Source: Candidatus Harrisonbacteria bacterium (lineage in GTDB: Bacteria > Patescibacteriota > Minisyncoccia > UBA6257 > 02-FULL-45-10c). Taken from it: a stretch of 64,000 nucleotides of DNA. Below are positions 49,926 to 58,480 of the stretch, piece after piece (the first letter of the stretch is position 1; each line of letters starts with the position of its first letter). The position numbers were made by a program, and so were the translations under genes. The stretch is taken from contig JACPTS010000001.1 in the NCBI GenBank assembly GCA_016192685.1, forward strand, positions 311,647 to 375,646, given 5' to 3'. The notes under the pieces were generated by a model that saw nothing but the letters and a program-made list of their open reading frames with translations, ran no database searches and had not been told where the DNA came from.

Positions 49926-50065
49926 GCTTTGCTTATTTGCCTACCGGCACCGGCGTCGTTCCGCTCCTGCGGCGGAACGCGCCTACGCCTCGCTCCGAAA
50001 TTTTCGCTTCGCGAAAGCCAAGCATTTCGGAGCTCCGTAGTTGCCGTACGACAAACAAGCAAAGC
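49926..50065 (-). repeat. structured dispersed repeat, copy G
   Basis: same core; stems CGTTCCGC/GCGGAACG and GCTCCGAAAT/ATTTCGGAGC. Confidence 0.9.
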
Positions 50066-50091
50066 TTAATAATTTCATATATAATTAAATT

Positions 50092-50481
50092 ATGAAAAAA
50101 ATAAAGAAAAAATATTATTTTCTACTTTCTACTTTCTACTTTCTAACTACCCAAATGGCGCTCGCCCAAGGTTTAGTGCCTTGTTCCGGCCTCGATTGCA
50201 CGCTCTGCGATTTTTTGGTTCTCGCAAAAAATTTAATTGATTTAATGCTTAAATGGGGGGTGGCTTTGGCGGCGCTATTTTTTGCCTGGGGCGCTTTTGT
50301 TATAATGACAGCAGGCGGATCAGAGGAAAAAGTAACCGAAGGAAGAAAAATTATGACTACGGTTGCGGTCGGAGTTTTAATCGCTTTTACCGCCTGGCTC
50401 ATTATCGGCACCTTAATGCAAGTTTTAACTAATTCGCCGTCAAAATTACCGTGGAATCAAATTCAATGCACGCTCAAATAA
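50092..50481 (+). CDS. CPR pilin-like (TrbC/VirB2-type) membrane protein
   Basis: signal peptide, GLVPC...C..CDF, TM-GG.EEK...G+..-TM. Confidence 0.78.
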   Translation: MKKIKKKYYFLLSTFYFLTTQMALAQGLVPCSGLDCTLCDFLVLAKNLIDLMLKWGVALAALFFAWGAFVIMTAGGSEEKVTEGRKIMTTVAVGVLIAFTAWLIIGTLMQVLTNSPSKLPWNQIQCTLK

Positions 50482-50915
50482 AAAAAAATAATTACCAAAT
50501 TATTTTGCTATTATTCTTTTTGGTATTTTTATTATTTTTACCAATTTTTACTAATGCCCAACAAGCTGGTCCTTCGCTAGATGGCAGCGGCGGAACCAGA
50601 ATTGAAGGTCCGGGAGGAACTGCCAAAAGCGGCGGCAGCGGCATTCAGCCGATTCGCCTTCCCAATCCGCTTCAGGCAAATACTTTTCAGGAATTGATTG
50701 GGCGAGTAGTTAATTTCCTTTTGGCAATCGGCGCGCCAATCCTTGTTTTGATGATTATTATCGGCGCCTTTCAGATAATGACCGGTGCCGGCAATCCGGA
50801 AAACATCACCAAGGGAAGGCAAACTATTACTTACGCGATAATCGGCTACGCGCTTTTACTGCTGTCTAAGGGCATTACTCTTATTATTGAGCAATTGCTT
50901 GGTGTGAATAAATAA
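50466..50915 (+). CDS. CPR pilin-like (TrbC/VirB2-type) membrane protein
   Basis: LPNPL, TM-GAGNPE.I.KGR.TI..AIIG-TM. Confidence 0.78.
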   Translation: MHAQIKKNNYQIILLLFFLVFLLFLPIFTNAQQAGPSLDGSGGTRIEGPGGTAKSGGSGIQPIRLPNPLQANTFQELIGRVVNFLLAIGAPILVLMIIIGAFQIMTGAGNPENITKGRQTITYAIIGYALLLLSKGITLIIEQLLGVNK

Positions 50916-50984
50916 TTGTGTTATAATATTCAATGAAAGGTCGATTTGTGTTTTATACACGATATAATACGAATCTACGAAATT

Positions 50985-51329
50985 ATGAAAAATTTAACTA
51001 AAAAAATCGCAATTTTAACTTCTATCGCCTTGCCGGTTTTAGTTTTAGCTCAAGGAATTATTCCTTCGCCTAATGTCCCGGTTACCGGCGTTCGCTCTCT
51101 TGATGATTTAAGCAGAATTTTTGTCACTTTAGTAAATTGGGTTACCGGATTATTTTTTGTAACCGCCATTCTTTTCCTTTTCTATGCCGCTTATCTTTAT
51201 CTTGGCGCGGCAGGAGACCCGGAAAAACTTACTCAAGCCAAAAATCAGCTGATTTATTCAGTAATTGCCATCACGGTGGCATTACTTGCGGGTAGCGTAA
51301 GATTCATTGTAGAAAATATTTTAAGATAG
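50985..51329 (+). CDS. CPR pilin-like (TrbC/VirB2-type) membrane protein
   Basis: signal peptide, TM-AAGDPEKL..AK.QL.Y.VI-TM. Confidence 0.78.
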   Translation: MKNLTKKIAILTSIALPVLVLAQGIIPSPNVPVTGVRSLDDLSRIFVTLVNWVTGLFFVTAILFLFYAAYLYLGAAGDPEKLTQAKNQLIYSVIAITVALLAGSVRFIVENILR

Positions 51330-51330
51330 A

Positions 51331-51363
51331 AAAAACCCGTCAAGTCAGACTTGACGGGTTTTT
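51331..51363. terminator. bidirectional terminator
   Basis: AAAAACCCGTCAAGTC-A-GACTTGACGGGTTTTT between convergent genes. Confidence 0.7.
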
Positions 51364-51379
51364 GATTTTTTAATTTACT

Positions 51380-51859
51380 TTATTTCACAAGTTTAAATCT
51401 TGCCTCACCGGGGTCGCCACGCAAGCGCATCCGGGTCGGAAAAACAATTGGCCGTCCCGCATCTTTGGCTGTAACTTCTTTAACCAAAAAGCAATCCTGA
51501 TTGTTTTCCCTTTTGCATTCGTAAATTTCTGTAGTGCCCGGAAAAGAATATCGCAAGCTTCCCATTGCTAAATCCGAAGGCAGAACCATAAGTTCCGATA
51601 AACAATTCCAATTTTGTAATTGCCTTACAGAATTATCTTTTCTAGAAAGTCTTGCGTTTTTTGTTCCTTCGCAAATCGGCAATCGTGACGATTTAATAGA
51701 TGGCAAAGAGTCGCCGGAAGGACGAGGTGGAGAATTAAATTTTCTTACAAAATAGTGAATACTTTCAGAAAGTCCCCCGATAATCATTAAGGCAATAGCG
51801 ATGGCAATACCGATTTTGAAAACCCGATTGCTGATTACTCCCCGCTCTTCTTTTTGCAT
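51380..51859 (-). CDS. hypothetical membrane-anchored protein
   Basis: N-terminal TM helix; coupled to the SPFH gene. Confidence 0.55.
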   Translation of the reverse strand: MQKEERGVISNRVFKIGIAIAIALMIIGGLSESIHYFVRKFNSPPRPSGDSLPSIKSSRLPICEGTKNARLSRKDNSVRQLQNWNCLSELMVLPSDLAMGSLRYSFPGTTEIYECKRENNQDCFLVKEVTAKDAGRPIVFPTRMRLRGDPGEARFKLVK

Positions 51860-52731
51860 TATTTGCCTCCGCCGATGTTGACATTCAAGCCTTTGAGGCC
51901 CTCGACGCTGATAACTTTTTTTTCTGCCCTTTTCAAAGAAACCTGGGAAGCATTAACTGCTTCTTGCCCGCTTAACCCCTCAAGCTCTTGAAAGGATTTC
52001 GCGAGAAGAATTTCTTCTTGCGCCGCTTTCCGTAAAAATTCCGCATTTTTTTTAGCTTCCATGGCTTTTTTCGTTTCTTCGGTATATTCAACGCTCGCGA
52101 GATTATATAATTTTGCGTCCAATCCATACGCCTCTTCTATGTGGGAGCGGCGCGGGTCGAATATTTCTCTCCTAAGACTTTTTTGAATTTCTTTTAAATA
52201 TTTTTTATAAAAGCCGATTCTTTTTTCCGGGGGAATAGAGCCGCCAGCCGTTTTTACTTCCGGATACTTATTTTGCCGATGGGGCATAATTGCCAGCCGC
52301 AACCGGCAATTAATAATCGTTCTTAACACTTCTCTTTCAGAAATAAAAGCTTCTCCTTCTTTAAGGCCGGCTAAAACGCCGATTTCGTCTTTAATTGAAT
52401 CTTCCAAGGCCTTTTTCTGCTGAATCTTAGTCAGGTCATACTGAAACAAAAGGTCAAAATCAGGGACTGATTCCAGGGAGCCGGTAACTTTTATTCCTAG
52501 CATATCTTTACTGGTTACAATTACGATTATTTCCAACCTATCAAGTTCGGCGCTGTATAACTGCGTTTTTTCCACAAAAGGAAACATAAAGGCCAGACCC
52601 TCCTTTTCTTTGCGCCATCTCCATCCGAAAAGATTAAAGACGGCATAATATTTAGCCGGAACTTCATAAAGCGCATAGCGTACAGTCAATAATGATAAAA
52701 ATAAAACGGCTCCGATAGTAATCAAGATCAT
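51859..52731 (-). CDS. SPFH/band 7 domain-like membrane protein
   Basis: N-terminal TM, FG......EGL.F..PFVE, V.SKD, C-terminal coiled coil. Confidence 0.7.
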   Translation of the reverse strand: MILITIGAVLFLSLLTVRYALYEVPAKYYAVFNLFGWRWRKEKEGLAFMFPFVEKTQLYSAELDRLEIIVIVTSKDMLGIKVTGSLESVPDFDLLFQYDLTKIQQKKALEDSIKDEIGVLAGLKEGEAFISEREVLRTIINCRLRLAIMPHRQNKYPEVKTAGGSIPPEKRIGFYKKYLKEIQKSLRREIFDPRRSHIEEAYGLDAKLYNLASVEYTEETKKAMEAKKNAEFLRKAAQEEILLAKSFQELEGLSGQEAVNASQVSLKRAEKKVISVEGLKGLNVNIGGGK

Positions 52732-52852
52732 TTTTCTCCTCCTTTGATTTTCAATTCGCCCTGTAAATCAGGACTTTCTACTACTCATAAAATAGCATAA
52801 AAGAAATCGTTTGTCAAAATGGGAAAAATATCCTAGGATATATTTATAAAAT

Positions 52853-52934
52853 GCTCTCGTGGCGGAAATGGAATACGCGCAGCGCTTAGGACGCTGTCCC
52901 GCAAGGGTTAGAGGTTCGAATCCTCTCGAGAGCA
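52853..52934 (+). tRNA. tRNA-Leu(TAG)
   Basis: CAGCG-CTTAGGA-CGCTG anticodon arm; variable arm; GTTCGAATCC. Confidence 0.95.
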
Positions 52935-53018
52935 CCGCTTGCGCTTGACGCTCTTTTTTTAATTGCTATAATACTTTCAGACTTATTTTGATAGAGAAAA
53001 AAGGAAAGGAGGAAAAAG

Positions 53019-54053
53019 ATGAAAGTAATCCAGGCAGAATATATTTGGCTGGACGGGCAGAAGCCGACAGCGAAACTTCGCTCAAAAACGAAGATTATTG
53101 AAGAACCCGGAAGGAAATTGGAAGCGATTCCCGAATGGGGATTTGACGGTTCAAGCACCGAGCAGGCGACAGGCAGTTTCAGCGACTGCGCTCTTTTTCC
53201 AGTGGCTTTTTTTAAAGACCCGATCCGTGGCGGAGCGAATATTCTTGTAATGTGCGAGGTGATGAATCCGGACGGAACGCCCCATTCATCCAATACTCGG
53301 GCAAGGTTGACTAAAGCGGCAGAAAAATATCGCAATCACGACCCACTCTTCGGAATTGAACAGGAATACACGCTTTATGATAAAGATGGCGTTCGTCCGC
53401 TTCGTTGGCCGGAGGGTTCGGGATTTCCCGCGCCCCAAGGCCGTTATTATTGCGGCGTTGGCTCTGATGAGGTTTACGGGCGTGAATTAATTGAAGCGCA
53501 CACTAAAGCCTGCCTTGAAGCTGGTATTTTAATTTGCGGCACAAATGCCGAAGTAATGCCTGCCCAATGGGAATTTCAAGTTGGGCCGCTCGGCCCGCTT
53601 GAAGCCGGAGACCATTTGTGGGCGGCTCGCTGGCTTCTTTACCGGCTGGGTGAAAACTTGGGCATAAGCGCCAAACTTGACCCAAAACCGATTGCCGGCG
53701 ACTGGAACGGCGCCGGCGCTCATACTAATTTCAGCACTAAAGCGATGCGCGAAAATGGCGGCCTGAAAGTTATTGAAGCCGCGTGCAAAAAACTGGGGCA
53801 GTTCCATAAAGAACATATTGCTGTTTATGGCGCCGATAACGACAGGCGTCTCACCGGCAAACACGAAACCTGCGGCATTAATGAATTCCGTTACGGCGTT
53901 AGCGACCGCGGCGCTTCTATCCGAATTCCGATGGCAACCGCCAATGCCGGATGCGGATATCTGGAAGACCGGCGGCCGGCAGCCAATATGGACCCCTATC
54001 TGGTACTGACTGCTCTTTTGGAAACTGTTTGCGGAGAAGGATTTGAAGGATGA
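53019..54053 (+). CDS. glnII: glutamine synthetase type II
   Basis: 344 aa; AEYIWLDG, LRSKT, WGFDGSST, NAEVMPAQWEFQVG, GDWNGAGAHTNFST, YLEDRRPAAN.DPY. Confidence 0.93.
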   Translation: MKVIQAEYIWLDGQKPTAKLRSKTKIIEEPGRKLEAIPEWGFDGSSTEQATGSFSDCALFPVAFFKDPIRGGANILVMCEVMNPDGTPHSSNTRARLTKAAEKYRNHDPLFGIEQEYTLYDKDGVRPLRWPEGSGFPAPQGRYYCGVGSDEVYGRELIEAHTKACLEAGILICGTNAEVMPAQWEFQVGPLGPLEAGDHLWAARWLLYRLGENLGISAKLDPKPIAGDWNGAGAHTNFSTKAMRENGGLKVIEAACKKLGQFHKEHIAVYGADNDRRLTGKHETCGINEFRYGVSDRGASIRIPMATANAGCGYLEDRRPAANMDPYLVLTALLETVCGEGFEG

Positions 54054-54086
54054 TTTTAAAGTAAAAACCCCATAGCGGGGTTTTTT

Positions 54087-55088
54087 TTATAATTCTTTTT
54101 CCAGTCGCTCTTTGGCAAATCTCTCTACTTCTGTTTCGCGCCTTTCCATTGCTGTTTTAATATCTCCTAAATTAAATTCAGCGGTATCAAGAGTAGCTAC
54201 GGGATTAAATGGAGTGAAGACTATAGTTTTTCTTTTTATTATCATTCTCTCCGTTATTGATTCCGGATTCAGGGGATTGATGGCGTCAATGGCATCGCCT
54301 AAAACGTTTTTTATAACACTTTTCTTATTGACCTCCATATCTTCAAAGTGGCGGCTGGGATTTTCTTCTATTAATTGATATCCGCTATTGATGGCATGTT
54401 TGATGTCTTTAACGATTGATTGCCGGACCGACCTTCTCATAGTGGCAATTTGTTTTTTTTGCCAAAACTTTTTTCTTAATAGAAGATCAGAGCCGTCCAG
54501 ACGATGATTGATTAAAAGAAAAATATTATCCATTTTATTTTCTATAGAATTGGCTATGCTGCAAGTGAGGCCATCGCTATAAAATTCTCCGTCTATTTCA
54601 ACTTCCGGAAGCAGCATTCCCAGACTGGCGGAAGCTAAAATACCTAAATTCAGCCGTTCGGGAGTCATCCCTTCATCTTTATTGGAAAATGGCACGTTAA
54701 TTCCCAGACTTTCATTATGGGTTACGGCAATATATTTGCCTTTCCAGTCAATTATTTTTTTAGCGTTGACATAGCGGCTAATCAATTCTTTTATTCCTTC
54801 ATTATCATATAAATTGGGACCGGTATAATGCGGCACATTTTTCCAATTACTACTTCGGAAAATGCTTTGCGGCCCCATTTTTTCAATTTCCAAGCCGACG
54901 TTAATTAATTTGTCAATATCAAAATCATGGCTTATGTCGATGGCTAAAAGGAGCGCGCCAGCTGAGACTCCTTCCATTACCTCTATATTGGAACATTTTT
55001 TGTGAAGGTATTTTAACGGCCCGACGCTATGGAATACTGAAAATCCGCCGCCGTAAGCGTGAACGGAAGTTCGGCCCTCAAAGCGCAT
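54087..55088 (-). CDS. patatin-like phospholipase
   Basis: GGGF.....G, GVSAG nucleophile elbow, ASAS and SDG. Confidence 0.78.
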   Translation of the reverse strand: MRFEGRTSVHAYGGGFSVFHSVGPLKYLHKKCSNIEVMEGVSAGALLLAIDISHDFDIDKLINVGLEIEKMGPQSIFRSSNWKNVPHYTGPNLYDNEGIKELISRYVNAKKIIDWKGKYIAVTHNESLGINVPFSNKDEGMTPERLNLGILASASLGMLLPEVEIDGEFYSDGLTCSIANSIENKMDNIFLLINHRLDGSDLLLRKKFWQKKQIATMRRSVRQSIVKDIKHAINSGYQLIEENPSRHFEDMEVNKKSVIKNVLGDAIDAINPLNPESITERMIIKRKTIVFTPFNPVATLDTAEFNLGDIKTAMERRETEVERFAKERLEKEL

Positions 55089-55187
55089 TTTTTATTTTCA
55101 AGGGGCAAATTTATTAATCTTAAAATAATCTAAAATCGGAAAAAAGACAATATCAAATTAAAACTCCCCCGCTTTGCGGGGGAGTTC

Positions 55188-55688
55188 TTAATGCAAGTTT
55201 ACTTTCAGTTTTTTAGATTTCTGGCGGTTGATTTTGGGCATTCGGATAGTGAGAACGCCGTTTTTAAGCGCCGCCGTAGATTCATCCGGGTCTACTTCTT
55301 GGGGGAGAATAACAGAACGGGAAAATTTTCCCCAATAACATTCCTGGTAAAAATAGTCTTCATCGGAAATTTTCTTTTCCCGCTCTCTTTTCCCGCGGAT
55401 AGTTACCGATTCCGACGAAATATCAATGTCTAAATTGTCCGGATCCACTCCGGCAATGGTTGATTCTACCACGATTTCTTCCGGAGTCTGATAAACATCA
55501 ATGGTTAGCTGGCCCTCGCCCTCTTCCATTAATTCCGCCAGACCCTCCCGCGATTTTTTAGAAACTTTTTTTTCCGGTTCCACTGACAGGTGGGTGGTTT
55601 TGGCGAGCTCCACGTGCGGCTCTAATTGCACTTCTTCTTCGGCGGAGTGCGATAATTCTTCAAAAAATTTTTTGGAATCATTATCCAT
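55188..55688 (-). CDS. Hsp20/alpha-crystallin small heat shock protein
   Basis: IDVYQT, E.YWG.FSR...LP, A.LKNGVL.I..PK. Confidence 0.93.
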   Translation of the reverse strand: MDNDSKKFFEELSHSAEEEVQLEPHVELAKTTHLSVEPEKKVSKKSREGLAELMEEGEGQLTIDVYQTPEEIVVESTIAGVDPDNLDIDISSESVTIRGKREREKKISDEDYFYQECYWGKFSRSVILPQEVDPDESTAALKNGVLTIRMPKINRQKSKKLKVNLH

Positions 55689-56341
55689 TATTTTATATGC
55701 TTTAACTTCTCAAAATCGTATAAAATGAATAAGGCGGCGACAATCAGAAAGGTGGTTGGAATTACCACCGGTTCAAACCTTATTATAAGGTAGTTAAAGA
55801 TAGTATGCAATAAGGTAGCGAGTGCAAAACCTGTGAATAACAGCGACTGCCGATTTTCTAATATGGAACGGGCCCAGTAATATCCCAATAGGCCGGACCC
55901 TAAAGTATGCAGCAGGGTGGCGCCGATGAATCTTAGAGTAGCGGTTTCAAAAAAAATTTCTTGGGCTTTGAAGGCGGCCGCCACATTTTCTACTGCCGCA
56001 AAACCAAGGGCGGCAACAATAATATAAATCATCGCGTCCACCGGTTCGTCAAAATCGCCGAGATGCTGGCTGATTACCGCCCGGGCGGATAAAAATTTAA
56101 ATAATTCTTCAATGGCGGCCAGGCCAAAGAAAGAAAGGAGGCTGTATTGGGCGATTCCGTATGGCTGAACCAAGCCATTAAAAAAATATTGAGCTCCAAG
56201 GACGATAAGGGTAATGCCGGCTCCGGCAAGGAAGGTCTCAAAAATAAGCGGTTTTGGTTCCGGGTGCGGATCTTCCTCCAAATAAAAAACCAGCCACGCG
56301 AAAGAAGGAAGAAGACCGAGAATTAGAGGCAGGTAAGGCAT
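55688..56341 (-). CDS. PrsW family intramembrane protease
   Basis: PEP, IEELFK, FDEPVD, ALGFAAVEN, H motifs. Confidence 0.9.
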   Translation of the reverse strand: MPYLPLILGLLPSFAWLVFYLEEDPHPEPKPLIFETFLAGAGITLIVLGAQYFFNGLVQPYGIAQYSLLSFFGLAAIEELFKFLSARAVISQHLGDFDEPVDAMIYIIVAALGFAAVENVAAAFKAQEIFFETATLRFIGATLLHTLGSGLLGYYWARSILENRQSLLFTGFALATLLHTIFNYLIIRFEPVVIPTTFLIVAALFILYDFEKLKHIK

Positions 56342-56351
56342 TTAATTAGTT

Positions 56352-58421
56352 TTAGAATTTTTCTATCATCAACATTTCTTTTTCTTTATTTGGTAAATTT
56401 TGATATATTTCTTCAGTGAGGTGCGGCATGAACGGATGGAGCATTTTTAAAATTTCCAGCAAAGCGGCAGATAAAGTTTCTTTAGTCTCATTGTCTGTCT
56501 GTTTTTTTGCCAGTTCAATGTATTTATCCGCAAATTCGTGCCAAACAAAATCGTAAAGCGTATGCAGCGCTGGCCCGAATTCATAAGCATCAATTTGTTC
56601 CGAAACTGACTTTTTAGTTGTTTTGAGTTTTTCTAAAAATTTTTTATTCTCGGGCATTTTTACATTAATGTTATCCGCCTTCGCCAAGGCTTCGGCGGAT
56701 GGCCCGATTCGCCCTAAGACGAATCGGGCCATATTCCAAACCTTATTCGCGAATTTTTTTCCGGCTATTACGGCATTTTCATCCCAGTGGATATCCTGGC
56801 CGCCCATTGCCTGCCAGATTAATCCGAATCTGGTTGCGTCCGCCCCGTATTTTTCTATAAGAATCATCGGATCAATGCCGGTTCCTAGGGATTTTGACAT
56901 TCTTTTTCCGTCTTTAGTTAAAATCGTTCCGTGAATAATCACATCGGAAAATGGAATTTTTTTTGTAAATTCCAGTCCGGAAAAAACCATTCTTGCTACC
57001 CATAAATTGATAATATCCCGTGCCGTAGAAAGCACTTGGGTAGGATAAAATTTTGCCAAGTCGCCATTCTTCGCTGAAGCTTCGGATGGCCATCCGAGAG
57101 TGGCAAAGGGCCAGAGCGCGGAAGAAAACCAGGTGTCCAAAACATCGGTTTCTCCTTCCAGCGGAATTTTGTGGCCCCACCAGATTTGGCGGGAAACATT
57201 CCAATCGCGGATATTTTCCAGCCAATCAAAATAAATTTTTTCCCAGTTTTTTGGATGAAATTTTACTTTGCCGCCTTTCACCGCTTTGATTGCCGATTTG
57301 GCCAGTTCTTCCATTTTTAAAAACCATTGCAAGCTAGGCAAGGGTTCAATCACGGTTCCGCAGCGGTAACAAACTGCCACGTTGTGGGTATAATTCTCTT
57401 CTTTTTCAATCAAGTTTTGCCTTTTTAGTTCTTCAATAACTTTTTCCCGGCAATCATTGATTTTTAAGCCGGCGCAAAGCTGGCCGGCGGCTTCGGTCAT
57501 TTTGCCAAGCGGCCCGACAACTTTATATATAGGAAGCTTATGCGTTTCTCCGATTCGCGCGTCCAGTAAATCGTGAGCTGGCGTTACTTTTACCGCGCCG
57601 GTTCCGAATTCCATATCAATTTCTTTGTCGGCGATAATCGGAATTTCCCGATTTTGGATTGGCAGTAAAACTTTTTGGCCAACGAGATTTTTATAACGCT
57701 TATCTTTTGGATTCACTGCCACGGCCGCATCGCCGAGCATGGTTTCCGGCCGGGTCGTCGCTACTATAATGTAGTCTTTTGTTTTTTGTTTATCGTCTTT
57801 TGTCAGTGGGTATCGCAGATACCACAATTTACCTCTTCCCTCTTTATATTCCAATTCCAAATCCGACAAACTAGTCTGGCATCTTACGCACCAATTGATT
57901 ACCCGTTCGGCTTTATAAAGCCAGCCTTTTTTGTGGTAATGGAGAAAAGCCTCATTAACCGCTTTTTGATAGTTTTCGTCCATGGTAAAACGGGTGTGGG
58001 ACCAATCCATGGAACAGCCGAGTTTTTTAAACTGGTTTAAAATTATATTTCCGTATTTTTCTTTCCACTCCCAGACTTTTTCCAGAAATTTTTCCCGGCC
58101 TAGGTCGTGGCGATTCAAACCTTGTTTTTTCAATTCTTTTTCCACTACATTCTGGGTGGCAATGCCGGCATGGTCAGTGCCCGGAAGCCAAAGGGTTTTA
58201 TATCCCTCCATTCTTTTTTTGCGGATTAAAATATCCTGAATGGCGGCATTGAGGGCGTGGCCCATATGGAGTGAGCCGGTGACATTCGGCGGCGGAACCA
58301 CTATGGTGTAACTTTTCCCTGTCGGCAGGTTGTCCGGATTAAAATATCCGGACTTTTCCCAAAGCTCGTAAATTTTATCCTCAACTTTTTTCGGGTCGTA
58401 AGCGGAGGGCAGTTCTTTCAT
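56352..58421 (-). CDS. valS: valine--tRNA ligase (compact, no C-terminal coiled coil)
   Basis: PPPNVTGSLHMGHA, DHAGIATQ, SRQIWWGH, DTWFSS, RMSKSLG. Confidence 0.97.
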   Translation of the reverse strand: MKELPSAYDPKKVEDKIYELWEKSGYFNPDNLPTGKSYTIVVPPPNVTGSLHMGHALNAAIQDILIRKKRMEGYKTLWLPGTDHAGIATQNVVEKELKKQGLNRHDLGREKFLEKVWEWKEKYGNIILNQFKKLGCSMDWSHTRFTMDENYQKAVNEAFLHYHKKGWLYKAERVINWCVRCQTSLSDLELEYKEGRGKLWYLRYPLTKDDKQKTKDYIIVATTRPETMLGDAAVAVNPKDKRYKNLVGQKVLLPIQNREIPIIADKEIDMEFGTGAVKVTPAHDLLDARIGETHKLPIYKVVGPLGKMTEAAGQLCAGLKINDCREKVIEELKRQNLIEKEENYTHNVAVCYRCGTVIEPLPSLQWFLKMEELAKSAIKAVKGGKVKFHPKNWEKIYFDWLENIRDWNVSRQIWWGHKIPLEGETDVLDTWFSSALWPFATLGWPSEASAKNGDLAKFYPTQVLSTARDIINLWVARMVFSGLEFTKKIPFSDVIIHGTILTKDGKRMSKSLGTGIDPMILIEKYGADATRFGLIWQAMGGQDIHWDENAVIAGKKFANKVWNMARFVLGRIGPSAEALAKADNINVKMPENKKFLEKLKTTKKSVSEQIDAYEFGPALHTLYDFVWHEFADKYIELAKKQTDNETKETLSAALLEILKMLHPFMPHLTEEIYQNLPNKEKEMLMIEKF

Positions 58422-58480
58422 ATATTGAAAAGTATAATTTAATTTTTCGCATTTAAAAAGCGGCTCTATTGAGCCGCTTT

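Noticed and set aside
50092-51329. Conjugative element suggested by three VirB2-like pilins
   Set aside because: No VirB4, relaxase or coupling protein nearby; tandem pilin-like genes are ordinary in CPR chromosomes.
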